From the human T2T-CHM13v2.0 reference genome, Homo sapiens: a stretch of DNA of 64,000 bases. The DNA is taken from the NCBI RefSeq assembly GCF_009914755.1, contig NC_060927.1; one strand, written 5' to 3'. Each line of letters begins with the position of its first letter. The stretch's first letter is position 1. The notes beneath the pieces are model-generated. The model was not told the origin of the DNA. It made no database searches and saw only the letters and a program-made list of their open reading frames with translations. Shown here piece after piece: positions 43,809 through 58,539 of the stretch. Both the position numbers and the translations under genes were made by a program.

Positions 43809-45569
43809 AAATCCCTGTTAGGCTGGGAATTTAATAAGTCACATTTTAAAAGTCCCTGAAGCTCTGAATTATTTGGTTATAATATTTAGAATCACTGTGA
43901 AACTGTGTTACAAAGTAAGGATAATGGAGAGAGATAAAGGAAAAGGAGGAGGCTTCTATAATGTTTAAGGTGGTTGCAAGAATAGTGACGTCTAAGAATA
44001 AGCTTGGATGTCCTACAGCATCAGACAATGGTAGTGCAAAAAGGAATCCTGTAATAACAACAGTTTAAAGGGAAAAATCGCTTCACTTTACCCCATCCTG
44101 GTCTATATAAGATGTTTGATCTTTCCAGTTGACTGAAGTAAGCTCTTAATAGAATCCTTGATAACAAAAAGGAATGAAGTAAGGGTAAGATAAATGCTTT
44201 TAAAACCACCAAAATTCAAGTGGGCAAGTGATATAAGGGTTAATTCTTTGCTGTTAAATTTTCTAATGAACTTGGCAACAGGCTGTTAAAAGTTTATTAG
44301 CTTGATGCTGGTTAATCATCCTGTTTCGTTTTGGACCACAGTAAAGGAACACAAACCAAATTAACCAGCACATGAGCCCTTTATAAGAACCTCTTTAAAA
44401 TAATTTACTTAGCTTATTTACTCCCACTTTTTGAGTTCTCTGAACTATAGAATTCTCCAAATGAATCAGTACCCCAATTTGTTTGCCAGAATATAAAGAT
44501 GAAAAGAAAAATGAGCTCTCTTACAATACCCTCTGGGACTAATTACCCTGATCTGACTAGACTGGTTGTTAGATCTGAATTATAGTCATGAATAAGTTAG
44601 ATCTTAATTAAAGTCATGTATGGGGTCCAAGAGGCAATGTCATACAGGCAAAAAAGCTGTTTTGTAATAAGTGGAAATTAGTATTATAGTGCTTTGTGAG
44701 ACATTGAGCTTCTGGTTAGAAACCTATCTTCTGAGATGTAGAAGAAATTTCAGGTTTAAAAAACCCATCTTCTCTCTTTATATATGGTCTTTTCTAAATT
44801 TTGAAACCAAATTAATTTTGGCATTTCCACTAATGTGAATGAAATGATGTTTTCAAAATTAGCTTATCTTTATTTTCTTTTACCTGCAAATGTATGGCAG
44901 CTTTTATTTAATGTTTTAAACTTTCTTAATAGTTACCAACATCTTGTATGAGTAGGAAACAATGAAGCAAGAAAGATTTTTAATCGGATTGGATAATGTA
45001 AGAGAATTTTCTGGTGGTAGAAGGGCTTGAATATTAAAAGATAGCTCTGGAGTAGATAACAAAATTTTCTTCTCTGGAGGTTTTTAAATTTAAAGAAGTT
45101 TCATTCAGAAAACAGGTGGATGAACTTCATCTATGTTTCTTGACCTATTCTTTTTGACTGAAGAATAAGAATGTTCTAAGTGTGTCACAAGCCACCTGAA
45201 GGAAGTGAGGTATTGAACATGTATACGCAAATCCAAACATCAGTGGCAACTATGCTGTTAGGACTAATCGAAGAATCCCAAAGCCGGTAGGGAACTCAAG
45301 CTGAGCTTTGGTTTCAACATGAGTTAACAGCCTTGGAGAAATGGTGAGGAGGGGCTCTAGGCCACTGTGTAAGAGTAGCCAGATGCCAAGCCACACACGA
45401 GAGAAGATTCGAGAGAGAAATTAATCTTCCTGAGAGTTTTCATTTATGTTAGGATTTCTAATCATTTCCTCAGCGGAGAGAAAGAGGCGTGCATCCTCGC
45501 ATTTGAATAGGACGTATGAGTTTACAAAATCCTCTCACGTTTACAGTGAGTTACTAAATGAACAGAAGC

Positions 45570-45710
45570 AATCATTCTCATTTCATAATTGGTGAAATGG
45601 AGACAAAGAAATTTAGTGATTTGCTCACAGCCAAACAGCTGGAAAACGGTTGGGATAGACCTCAAAGGCAAGTCTTCTGACTCTACGGTTGGTATTTTTC
45701 AGATACGCTG
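45570..45710 (-). mobile_element. MIR fragment
   Basis: 'ctcatttcataattggtgaaatggagacaaag...gtgatttgctcacagccaaacagct...aggcaagtcttctgactc'. Confidence 0.65.
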
Positions 45711-45801
45711 TATCCTTCCACTTCTTTAAAGTGTTCAAAGTCCTCCTTTGCTGGGAAGTGAGATGGGAAAGGAAGCTCAATGATTATCTGTTTTAAGGAA
45801 A

Positions 45802-46084
45802 TTATTTTGAGACAGAGTCTCGCTTTGTGGCCCAGACTGGAGTGCAGCGTGCGATCCCGGCTTACTGCAACCTCCTGGAGTCAAGCAAATCTCCTGCCTC
45901 AGCCTCTGAAGTAGCTGGGATTACAAGCACGCACCACCATGCCCAGCTAATTTTTTTGTACTTTAGGTGGAGATGGGGTTTAACCATATTGCCCAGGCTG
46001 GTCTGGAAATCCTGACCTCAAGTGATCCGCCCACTTCAGCCTCCCAAAGTGCTAGCAGTACAGGTGTGAGCCACCGTGCCCTGT
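45802..46084 (-). mobile_element. AluJb/Sz-type
   Basis: Antisense dimer, 'gacctcaagtgatccgccc'; short tail. Confidence 0.92.
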
Positions 46085-46786
46085 CTGACTTAATGTGAAT
46101 TCTTAGTTTCCAGAGTAGGGCTCTTGGCTATTGGTTTGCAGAACTATGGCCTCGATTTTGACTATCAGATCTGCAAAGTGCAGCGTATAACCCCATACTG
46201 ATAAGTAGTTTGAATGCACTTGTGTAGAATGAGTCACAGGCTCTTAAATTCTCTTTCATAACATTGGCTCATAGATTCATACATTGTTAGGGTAAGAATG
46301 GAGCTTTATATTATTTAATACAGTGATTTGATTTACACGTGAGGAAATTGTGTCCTAAAGGTGTTGAGCCTGTGCTTATTAGATATATATTATAAATGAC
46401 GAAATCTCCGGGAAAATGTTTTTAATGTAAAGAAAATTCCAAAATAGAATAGGAGCCACAAAAACCCTGACCAATTTTCTTTAGTAAGAGTTAGAAGAAA
46501 GTTTCTTTGTTAACCAACTTTTTACATTAAGTTTACATAAAAGGATGTTAGTATTACCGTGACACATTCATAAAGTGTTGTTATACAATGTCTTAAGAGG
46601 TGATGGGCACTGATGATCTAGTATCTAAGAATATTTAATGCACAAAAATGCCACAATGGTGTGGTTAACAGATTTTTTGATTCATAGCATTTTCTTCAGA
46701 ATTTTGTAGTCTTAAAGAGTACAGTAATTTGAGATGAGTCTGCATTCACATATGGATGTATGCAAAAAGAGGAGCAGTGAATTTTT

Positions 46787-47073
<287 letters not shown>

Positions 47074-47957
47074 ACAAAGCAGTGAATTTTAAAAGGTATG
47101 TCATGTTTTCTACTGTGCTGTTTTGAATCATACATATCTTTGAGTTTGGCCTATAGCATACTTGTTTCTAATCCCAATCCATTCTGAAACAAAATTATCT
47201 ACTAATAGTATGATATTCATTAATGCCCTGAATGACTTACATATGCAGTAAAATTACACCTTTCTCAGCAGTTAGAATATAAATCAAGGACATAAAGTGA
47301 AAATCATATACAATCAACGTTGTCCTTGAAATGTCCAATCAAGTATATCACTAAAACAACCTGAATAGGTTTTTTACAGCTAATTTTCCTTGTTGTTTCT
47401 TGGAATGAGCACCAGATTAAGCATCTGGCTTATTTTTAGGAGTCATATGATACAAACAAACAAACAAAGTATAGCAACTTTAAACACTGGAATTAGAATA
47501 AGCATGGAGCACGTGCACAATGTCGATGTACAGAACTGAGACTAATTGAGGGAAGAGTGAGTTCTTCCTCTCATGTAATTATCACTCTGGGCTATTGACT
47601 TACTTACTTAGATAGTGACAGGATTCACCTGCTTTATTTAAATAGTTTGTTCTTTTTCCCTCTTTTGTTTCAAAGTTCTTAGAAGTGAATCAGCCAAGTT
47701 AAATGTGTAAATATCACCAGTCTGCTGTGCGTGTTTGTTTTTCGGCCCCCGAAACAATTCTTTCTCTCAACAAGTACTAAGTATAATTTAAGGATTCCTC
47801 CCATCAACTATACACACTTATACCAGAATTTTCAGCTTAACACTGAGCTATATCCATTGCTGAGATGCAGGCAGGTCTGGGCAGAGGCCCACTTGCAAAG
47901 TGGGTGAAAGGGATCCTAGGACAGAAGTCTGCACAGAAAGAAGTCAGTTTTACTAAG

Positions 47958-48286
47958 CTATACAATATTCCTTTTGTTTTGTACTCAAACCCCCAAAAAC
48001 TATGAAAACAAAGATTTTTCCGTTATCTTCTGCAAACACATTTGGTGGGAAAGACTTAAGTGAACTGAAGTGAGCATGCATACCTCCTCAGAGTCTCTAT
48101 TTGACCCTCTGGAATATTCACAGGTTTCACTGCAGATTGTTGGAGTGTTTGATTATAGTAGCTAGCCTACAACCTGCTGGGGCCTTTATGCAATACATGG
48201 TTTTCAGACTGTGCTACATTTTTAAAATTGAAACAATTCTGAATTCTAAAACACATCTGACATTCAGCAAAGGGATTATGGATTTG
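47958..48286 (-). mobile_element. MER96B-like hAT DNA transposon
   Basis: End 'aattctgaattctaaaacacatctg...aagggattatggatttg' resembles the recalled MER96B terminus. Confidence 0.55.
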
Positions 48287-48593
48287 AGGTATTTGGCCAT
48301 GCACAGTTTGCACTGTTTTCTACTAACATGATTTACTGTAGGCCCTAGGTTTGTAGTTTTGAGCCTGCTTATTGTCTTATCTCTGACATGACCTCTTCAT
48401 TTATGCTAAAGTTTATAGTTATTGAAAAGGCTAAATGAGAGTGTTTACACTTCTGATTTCTCCTCTGTACATAAAATCTCTAAATAGAAAGTTTTTTGAT
48501 TAAATGATATTTTTGATTGCTGTCTTTGGCCTTCCTTGGTACCTTAAGTTTGAAAAAGCAGTAAAAACAAATCAACTGTTTAGAAAAGGCAAA

Positions 48594-48614
48594 ATAATAA
48601 TAATAATAATAATA
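48594..48614. repeat. (AAT)n microsatellite
   Basis: aataataataataataataat. Confidence 0.9.
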
Positions 48615-50089
48615 AGTGATTGGGGTATGTCTGGAGAACTCATGGGCACTGGAGATGTGTATCTGCCATAGAGTGGCATGAAGCTAACAGCCTCTTTGTC
48701 ACTGAGATAGCCGTCATTGCTGTAACTCACTGAGAAGCAGAGAGAAACACCCTCTGCTGTCCAGTATTTCAAAGCCCTTTATTGCTTTATTTGTTTAGAA
48801 GTGCATCAGGTAAATGGAGTGCTTATAATTGTAGGTGTAGTACCAGCTATTAAAGCAAATATATTCACAGCCCCTGTAATTATGCTTCAGTAAAAGTTGT
48901 TCTGGATGGCTCAACAGGACTTCTCCTTGGGTAATATGTTTAGTTTTGTATTTTCTCCAATGATGCAGAATGACTTATAGTCAAACATTTTCTCCTGATG
49001 ATGCCTTTATTTCTGGCATGACCTTCTTCTCTTTGAAGTCCAAAAAGAAACATATATATATATATAACATACATAGAGTGACAGATAAATGTAATGTGCT
49101 TCAGGAACTTACTGATTTATTGACAAATAGTCACTTTAAAAAAATCTATAATACAAAGGCTAATGAAAGAAGGAAGACACTGTAAGGATGATGTTAAATA
49201 TATGTTTAGGCATGATGTCTGAATTCCTACCCGGATGCCTTTTAGCATTGGATATTCTTGCACAGATTTTGCTACCTAAGATTTTATGTAGAACAACATG
49301 GTGATAGATGCTGTTTAGCAGAAATATTCTATTACAGCTTTCTCTTTGGAGACAACCTGAGTCTTCTCTTGGGAGTGTTTTAACGCTTCCTTATTTAGGT
49401 CACCTTTGGGCAAAGTGAGTTTCAAGCAAATTGAAAGGTTTCTAAATTCTTTCAGATCACCTGAATCTGAAAGATTAGTGTCCTGGTATGTTAATTTGCC
49501 AAATGAAACCCCAGGGAAGGAAAATAATTAAGTCTATAAATAAACAAAATAAGTAAGTGCTTACTTATAAATGAGAATATCCTATATTTGTGTAAGATCT
49601 TTGCTTGCTTTATGGAATAGGATATAAAATATTTGATGAAACTAAGTTTCCATTATAATTCTACAACTTTTTTCCCAAAATGCATTTCCATATTTTTCTC
49701 CACAACAGCCTCATAGGTTATAAGGTCATTAGGAGAAATATTTTATCTTCCTCTTGGAACTTCTTATAATGATTAATATAGATCTTTGAATAAATGGTGG
49801 ATATCTGCATTATTTTGGAACAGTATATGCTTCATCTTATTAACCCCAGAGATTCTGGAGTCAAGTGAGAAACAGAAATATGACCAATATGCCTCAATGA
49901 ATTGTTTGGCCATTTAAAGCAGTAGAAATTTGTGTTTTTCACCATTCCCAAACCCTTCTCCAATGGGAAATTGTTTCTTCTTTTTATCACGTGGTATGAC
50001 ATGTCTACTCATTAGGTTACCACCAGTTTTTGGCATTAGGATTATGCCTTATACTTCTCCAAATATCAAAATATGGAAAGAGAGCTATT

Positions 50090-50222
50090 GAACTCCTTGG
50101 TCTAACCATGTTTGAATCCCACTCTTGGGCTTCTGGGTTATATGACTCAATAAATTCCCTTTTACTTAAGCTGGTTTCAGCTAAGTTTAATTTGCATGTA
50201 ACTTAAAGTATCCTGACTAATA
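50090..50222 (+). mobile_element. MLT1 LTR 3'-end fragment
   Basis: 'caataaattcccttttacttaagctggttt...aagtatcctgactaat'. Confidence 0.65.
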
Positions 50223-51849
50223 AATTTTGCATATTTGGAAATGCAAAATGGCTCCATAAAAATAGATTTTTTTTTCCTAGAAATCTTGTCTGCTTTTTCA
50301 GAAGCTTACATTAGGTAAAAAATGATACTTAGTATGTAGATTCATAGATTACTCAGTATAATTGAGAAATGTGAAGTGAAATGTTTTAGTTATATTCAGC
50401 AATTGCATAGCTAATAAAACAGCAATAGAAAATTTGCATATTCTCTTATAGTGATAGAAGGATTCAATGTAAAGTACACTTTAAGGAACAACATCTATGT
50501 ACAAAGATGGCATATTTTCTCACTGAATCAAATATTACCAATAAGGGCTTAGCAAAACATTGCCTTTTATTCTCACTTGGAAAATACATTTTATTTTTCT
50601 TGCCCATTTAATTTTATGTCCACACAAAATTCACCTTGATTCTTCCTTTTGCTTCCATCTGTTGCAAAGAAAAATCTTTCTACAGATGCTACGCCTACTT
50701 CAGATTTCGGAGTAAAATTAAAAAAAAAAAAAAGGTCTCTGTTTTAGTTTCCAAAAGATGATTTTGATTTGCCTTCTGTTTCTAGATATACCCTGCAAGG
50801 AAAAAGCCAGACTGCTACAGGTGGTTTGTTTTTTTTTTCCATGTCTTGAACACAAACCATTCTCTTCTTCTCTTTCTCTCTCCCTCTCTCAACCCACAGT
50901 CATTCATTTCCTTCTTTGAACTGGATATGTGCTTACCTCCTTTCCAATTTCTATTATTTTGAGACACATTTTATGTTAGCAGGCATACACAATTTTAAAA
51001 TCAGACACACACTGATTTCTCATATCTGGCAAGTCAGGTAAAAATTTGGAAACCAAATGTTTATAAATTGCAAAGTTACTTTTAAGACTCTAATTATTAT
51101 CAATCACCATATTGCCATAACTATTTTGTATGTTCCCCCAAATAGCATTGCTTTTGATGAATGCAGTGTGATTCAGAGTACTCCCAATACACAGTCATTT
51201 GACCGTTTTTTTTAACACTGGCAAGCATGTAGCAGATTTTAAGATATATTAAAAGATGTTTGTCATATCTAGTATCTAATAGATGTAATCAAACAAAGGC
51301 TTTTTTTTAAGCCCATTCAGAAGATTCATTTTATAGGCACAAGATTATGGTAATTTATAATTCATGTTATTCTCTGGATGGTGTGGTTTTGGTTCAGGCA
51401 AAGATTTGCATGTCCCTGTCCCTGCTCAGTGTTCATCTACTAGCTAGCATCCTACCTAAGATTAAATTTATACATTTGGTTTTGGTTCAAGGTTTCTTGT
51501 TCCCGCTGGCAAACACAGACGCTCCTTAACTCCTCTCCACCTGAATGTGCACAGAATATAATTATGACAGGAGCTAACATTATCTAAAATGCATTTCCGT
51601 TTATGCTTGTAGACCAAGGTCAGAACAATTAATCTGAAAGATGGTAGCACCGCAGATTATGCCAAACAACATTTTCCCAAGGAATGTGATACTATATATC
51701 ACAAATAGGTAAAATATTCATGCAAATTCTCTTCTGGCCTCTCTGTCAACACAGGTTTACTGTCACTAAATATGAAGTTTACAAAATAGACTGCAGGGAA
51801 TGCAGATGTTTCTAGTGGTGAGTATTTCATGCATATGTTGTAAAAATAT

Positions 51850-51897
51850 TGTGAGGGTTAATTTTATATGTCAACTTGACTGGGCCATGGAGTGCCT
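51850..51897 (+). mobile_element. MLT2 (ERVL) LTR 5' tip only
   Basis: 'tgtgagggttaattttatatgtcaacttgactgggccatggagtgcc' matches the MLT2 start; similarity then stops. Confidence 0.7.
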
Positions 51898-52398
51898 GTA
51901 TGTGGGGAAGTCCCATGTCTGTTGTAAACATCCTGAATAGCAGGTATGGTGATGTTAAATAATATCGTGTTTACTGTTCCCCCCCCGCACTGTTGCCCAG
52001 GCAACTTGTGATATTCAGACAGCACTGCTGGACCATTAAGTTTCTTTAGGTAAAGTCTGGCCCTGTGGGTTGGTGAAGACACAGAGGCTCAGGACACCAG
52101 GGTCCTGACACTAAATCACTTTCAAAGGAAATCTTGTGACTCTGATGTTAGAAAGGTAACTTGTTTGTTCTTAAGAAAACAAAAATAATGTACAACTTGT
52201 TTATTTTAAAACATTAAACTAACATTTTTTGCAACAAATCAATAATTAAAGAAAGAACTCTATTAAAACTACTTTCCTTTAGCTTCAAGCTTTCTGAGAA
52301 CCAGGTAGAACCAATAAAAAAAAATCATGGCAAATACTTGGTAAATGTTGATGAGCTAGCATGTTTCAAGCATGCTATTGCTAAAACGTCATTCCTGC

Positions 52399-52834
52399 TG
52401 TCAAAAGATGAAATTACAATAAATTTAGTTATAGATCTAATTGGCTTTTATTTGTGATTCATGACTCAGAGTAGCCTCCATTCTGCAAAACAGAATGAGG
52501 ACTTCCAACGGGCAATGGCAGACTAGTGGGTTTTGTAAGGAAGGAACAAGAAAAGAGAACAATAGAAAAAAAGCTGATTGGTTAACATCAGGTTACTTAG
52601 TTTACCTTTTTTTGTAAGGGTTAAAACAGAGGGAGCTTTCTTACCACACATTTCAAGTAGACCTAAATGTCCTGTTTTCAGAAAAAATTGGTCTGTTGGG
52701 AGATCTATGTGCTTCCTTAGTTTTATTATCTGGCGTGTAGCATGAGTGACTTCATTTTAGTTTGACCTAGTTTACTGGGGCTGAGTGCATAAAGGCCAGA
52801 CCAAAACAATAGTCTTCCATAATTTTGTTGAACA
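52399..52834 (-). mobile_element. MER67-family (ERV1) solo LTR
   Basis: TG...CA ends, 'tgtcaaaagatgaaattacaataaatttag', 'gcatgagtgacttcatttt'; 4-bp TSD ctgc at 52395-52398 and 52835-52838. Confidence 0.82.
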
Positions 52835-54265
52835 CTGCTATGTTTGGAGCTGGAGCTGGCTTGGGAATCTCTGCCAACCCCCAATTATCTCTCCCTTACC
52901 AGGAAAAACACCCATTGCTTGCATTACTGTGTATATGGGAGGTATACTCATTTGCGTCAGAGTCCTCCATAACCCTCTGTTGGCTATAACTTAGGGTTAA
53001 AACCAACTGACAATTAAGCTATCAGGGTAATAATCATTTGGCAGAACTGGAATCTAACACTGTAAACTGTCTTTGTCTTTGACAAAGTTGCATAAACAAT
53101 AGTGGTAGAAAAGGCCAGTGTTGTTAGACCATGGGCCTTTCATTATTCCTGTCTTCTATCACTCCTACTGTCATTAATTAGGGGCACAGGAGTCAGGGCT
53201 GTAGACAGCAAACCTCTGGTGACCTGGTGACTCTACTTTTGACAGCAAGCAGCAACTATGTTCTTTGAACTAATCAGCTCAATATAAATTTTCCTGTTGT
53301 ACAGACATGATCTAAAAGACATAAATATTCTGGAATTTAAAGATATTTTGTATCAGTGTAAAAACCATGTTTTTAAAAGTTAATTTTAAAAGCTATGGTC
53401 TATGTAGGCTGGATTCTGAGATTCAAGTTTTATTTTCAGCTTAAGTCTATTTAAAAAGCAGGTGTATCATCAGAAAAAAAAATACTTATATCAAAGGGCA
53501 GAGGAATTTGATCCTGTGAGTGATCGTTGCTATGGGACCATTTTATGCAAATTAATCTGTAAACATTTAGCAGTTAGACAACTGATGGGAGGGGGAAGAG
53601 TGAAGAAAATTAGTCAGGTGGATAGCAAGAAAATTACTCCATCTGATTAGAAAAGGATAATAATGGTGTTTTCACGCAGACCAGCAGCATCGTGGTGTTT
53701 CTTCATTTCATTTATCTTTCATTTCTGCTTGCTTTGAGGTGAGGGTGGGGAGTCTGAGGACTGTGGGATGGCTACATAGTGTGGTAAAGCTGATCAGAAA
53801 GAGTAAGGCAATGGAATACATTTCAGATTAAGACATGGCTATTCAGGTCTCTCATTAAAGAGATGATCAAAAGCTGGAAATATAATTGTATGACTTTTCG
53901 CCCAAAGCCCACTGGAGTTTTCATAGCCACCAACAAATCATGGTTGAGTTATAAAGAGATATTCCACCAACACCTGAGAGAAACCAAGAGCTACTTCCTG
54001 ACATATTTAAGAAATTTTTCTTTCAAATTTTAGGTCATAAATATGTACCTTTTAAAAAGAATAGTGTTAAAGACTAGTAATTAGCTATATTTAGTGTCTT
54101 TCTTATTTATGTAATTAGAGTTTAAAAGTTTACTTCAGTTGAAACTGAAACAGTAACTACAGTTTGCTTAATTGTAACTGAGTTTGGAACACGAAACCCT
54201 AATTAAACAAACTGTGGCTAAAGTGTACATTTATTCTAACAAATCAAAAATTAAAAAATAATGGT

Positions 54266-54548
54266 GAGTGTGATAGCACTGTTCTGTAGCTTGACATTGA
54301 TGATGGGCACATATATCTACACTTGTGGTAAAATCGCATTAAACTGAACACATACACACACGTACTTATAACTTGTGAAATTAGAATAAAGTCAGTGAAT
54401 TGTATCAATGTCAATTTCCTGATTAACTGTGCTATATATATGCAAAATGTTCCTCTGGAAGAAATAGGGCAAAGTGCTCACCAGTGAGCTCTCTGCATCA
54501 TTTCTTACAACTGCATGAGAAGCCACAATTATCTCAAAATTAAAAGTT
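54266..54548 (+). mobile_element. L1MC/L1MD 3'-UTR fragment
   Basis: 'ttgtatcaatgtcaatttcctg...atttcttacaactgcatg...aattatctcaaaattaaaagtt'. Confidence 0.8.
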
Positions 54549-54744
54549 ACAATACATGGTGAATATCATGAAATACATTGCTCTTTATATTTTTACTTTC
54601 TTACAAATTGATATTTAAGCATTGTAAAAGCTGATACTTTTGAAACTACTCTGAAAAATTATGTAAGAATTCAGAATCAGCAATTTTTTTTTATAAAGCA
54701 GAAAGTAATAGGCTTTTACTTACATGCTGTCTATCCATGGTCCT

Positions 54745-55137
54745 TATTTTAGTCCATCTTCTGCTGGTATAACAAAATACCATAGACGAGGTAATTCATA
54801 AAGAATAGAAGTTTATTTGGCTTATTGATCTGAAGGCTGGGAAGTCCAAGATCAATGGGCTGCATCTGGTGAGGGCCTTCTTGCTGTATCATACTGTGAT
54901 GAAAGGCATCAAATGGTGCAAGTGGGAAACAGAAGGAGGAAATCAGGCTGAACTTATGCCCTTATCAGGAGCCCACTTCCACAATCACTAACCCATTCTT
55001 AAGATAATAACATTAATCCATTAATGAGGGCAGGATCTTCATGCTTAATCATGTCTTAAATGTCCCACTTTTTAATACTGACACAATGGCAATTAAAGTT
55101 CAAAATGAGTTTTGGAGGGGACATCCATACTATAACA
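54745..55137 (-). mobile_element. MST (MSTB/C-like) MaLR solo LTR
   Basis: 'ggctgggaagtccaagatc...gcatctggtgagggccttcttgctg', end 'gagttttggaggggacatccatactataaca'. Confidence 0.85.
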
Positions 55138-55277
55138 GCTCTAAGAGAAAAATCTTCAATTATTATGCTTATACACTGTCATGATAAAATTGCCAGCATC
55201 TAACTAGTATAAATTGTTTAAAATTAATTCAACAGGACAGAGAAGCAGAACACAATGTGGTTTATACAAATATCTAC

Positions 55278-55542
55278 TATAACAGTTACTAATAGTGTAT
55301 CATTTTCAAGACTTTTGCTGAATGAGTGGATTATAGTTGCTCTTGCTTAGGGAAGTGGAGGGGTAACTATGGAGATGATATTAATTTGACTCACTGTTGT
55401 AACAATGTTACTGTACAGTATATATATCTCATACAATCATGTTTTATTCATTAAGTATACACAATAAAATTTGTTTTAAAAATTATATTGTACAATGATA
55501 GATATATACAATTTTGATATGTCAATAAATAAATTTTAAAAA
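55278..55542 (+). mobile_element. L1MA-type 3'-end fragment(s)
   Basis: 'tataacagttactaatagtgtat...ggtaactatggagatgatattaattt...acacaataaaattt'. Confidence 0.65.
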
Positions 55543-56402
55543 GACCTATAAACACATGAGGAAAACCTCATCCTTTGATCATGCATGTAGAAAAGTCAGT
55601 TTGAGCAAAAACATTAAAAATTTTAGAGCACATTGAAACATATTTTCCCAAATAATTATCAAACATATAGATAAATTTTAAAAACCACAAACTAGAATTT
55701 ATTTACTTATATTTCTTTTACTATGTCAAATGACTGTTGATTATGTGGAATGTTAAATATTGGGACAACTAAGCACCTTTAATTCTTAATTCTTAAAGAT
55801 CCTTACAAAATATGAATCTATCATTTTTGAACATGCATTCAACTATTTTGAATGGCTCCAGTTTAGTGCTGTGCCAGGTGACAAAGATATAATAGTAAAC
55901 ATAAAAATCGGAATTGACCTTAATGGAGTCTTCTATCCAGCTGAGAACTTTTTGAAACAATAATGCTATAATAAAATTTATTGCTAACTAGTAGTGACAG
56001 ATCTGGTGCTAATTACTCTATATGTATGTTTTCCACTAATGCTCACTATAAACTTTCAAGAAAACCCTGGGAGGCAGGTGTATTTGATAAAGGAAGATTT
56101 CATATGTGATAGAATTAGTTAGAACTTGGAAGAACCCAAGATTATAATAGATACCATTGATAAATTATAAAGAGGAAAATTAATTTAAACTTAAAGCAAA
56201 AAAAAATTATTTGAACTGTAAAAGAGAAGCATTGCATAGGCTCAATATTCTGACCTATACAGAAGGAAATATAATGCTAGTGTACTGCTTTATGTTTCAG
56301 GGAAAAAAGTCATTATAGTCATATTAATGAAAACAGTTTACTGGTACTCACCTTTTAAGTAGACTAACGTAAATTATATTTTTTAAAATTAAAAAGATTA
56401 TG

Positions 56403-56693
<291 letters not shown>

Positions 56694-57699
56694 TTATGAG
56701 AGAAAATATAAAGAACAGCACAGAGTTACACTTGCTAGAGGCTGTGAGGTAACAGGGAGTTAGGAAAGATACAGAGAAGGAACATCAAGATGGAACTCTG
56801 ATGGTTGATGGAAAAAGGAATGGAATTTAAGGATATTTGAGATTGAAGAGACCACTTCCACCAAGGTAGATCATATACTTTATGTAAGGATGGATTCTAA
56901 AAGAAAATAAGATTTTGAAGCAGATAGTTCATGTTGGATATATTGAGCAAAATCAGATTTCTAGTCCAAAAATTAAGATTTGGATATGTGTAAATATATA
57001 GAATAAAATAAGTAGCTTCATGACTATCAAACCTTAGAGGTATACCAAGATTGTGATTTTTACCCATGTAATTCTCCACATTTTCAGGCAAGGAATCTTG
57101 CCTGAGTCTTCCAATTTGCGTGCAGCCAAACTGTATTCCTGATTTTTGTTCTTAGAAGTCGTGATAATGATTGTCAGTCAACACCCAGCCCTTCTCAATC
57201 CAGTCCATCATCCTGACCTAGTGCCATAGAAATCTAATCCTTGAAAACCTCAATCCTGACTCCTGTTAAGAACACCTACTTCTTTCACTGTGCATAGTCT
57301 ACATGGTCCTCACTAAGAGATTACAGTTTGTAAGCATTTTACTTGCTAAAAACCACTACAACAACAAAGTACTGTGGTAGCAATGCAATACCTGGAAAGC
57401 AAATGATCCCTAATTTAAACCTAGTGAAGTCTTGAGAAATTCTTAAAAATAATTGTTGATCTGAGGTAATTTGTTTTACAGGAGTAGACTTCCAACGTAA
57501 AGCACATTATTTCTGCATCTGTTACAGACATCATATTTGTTTAAAAGCATTTAGGCAGTAACAGTTTTGCTAAATAAGGCGAGTACCTAAGAAGCAAAGC
57601 TTCAGAGACGGTAATGACAATGATTTTGTTTTAAAAGCTGTCTCAGAGAGGGAGTCGTATCTCCAGTCTGCTTTCCTGTGAGGTTTAAAGGAAAGAGCA

Positions 57700-58060
57700 T
57701 GGGCTTAGATGTTAGTGGCAAAACTGGAACAGGCACCCAGGGAAATAACTCAGGTTGTTTCAGTTTACTCATCTGCAGAATGAAGATCTACTATCATCAT
57801 TCACTGAATGGTCAACAACATGTTTGAACACCCAGTAATAACAGATAGCATGTACTGGACACTTACTGTCTGTCAGGTTCTGTACTAAGTCATGAATCTC
57901 ATTTGATTCTTCCAATTATTAGAATCCCCATTTTAAATAGGAGGACATTGAGCATTGAGGGTCACAGAGGTCCTAGTTCATATTAAGGCTAAGTAGTGGA
58001 AAAGAGATTGAAACATATGTATTTTCAATTCCAAAGCCCTTATGCTTAAAACGCTACCCA
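57700..58060. mobile_element. Two MIR fragments (+ 57700-57790; - 57835-58060)
   Basis: 'tcagtttactcatctgcagaatgaagat' and 'ccccattttaaataggaggacattgagcattgagg'. Confidence 0.65.
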
Positions 58061-58074
58061 AGGTGGCCACTTTA

Positions 58075-58397
<323 letters not shown>

Positions 58398-58539
58398 TTC
58401 CCACAGCTCAAATATTCTGATAGTAGCTTTCAATCCCTGTTCCCTGAACCTTGGGGGTGGGGGCTCACAGCTACTATAAGACATGCCAGTCCACATATGT
58501 ACAAGGTGAAATTTGTATACTGGGTAACATTATACACAA

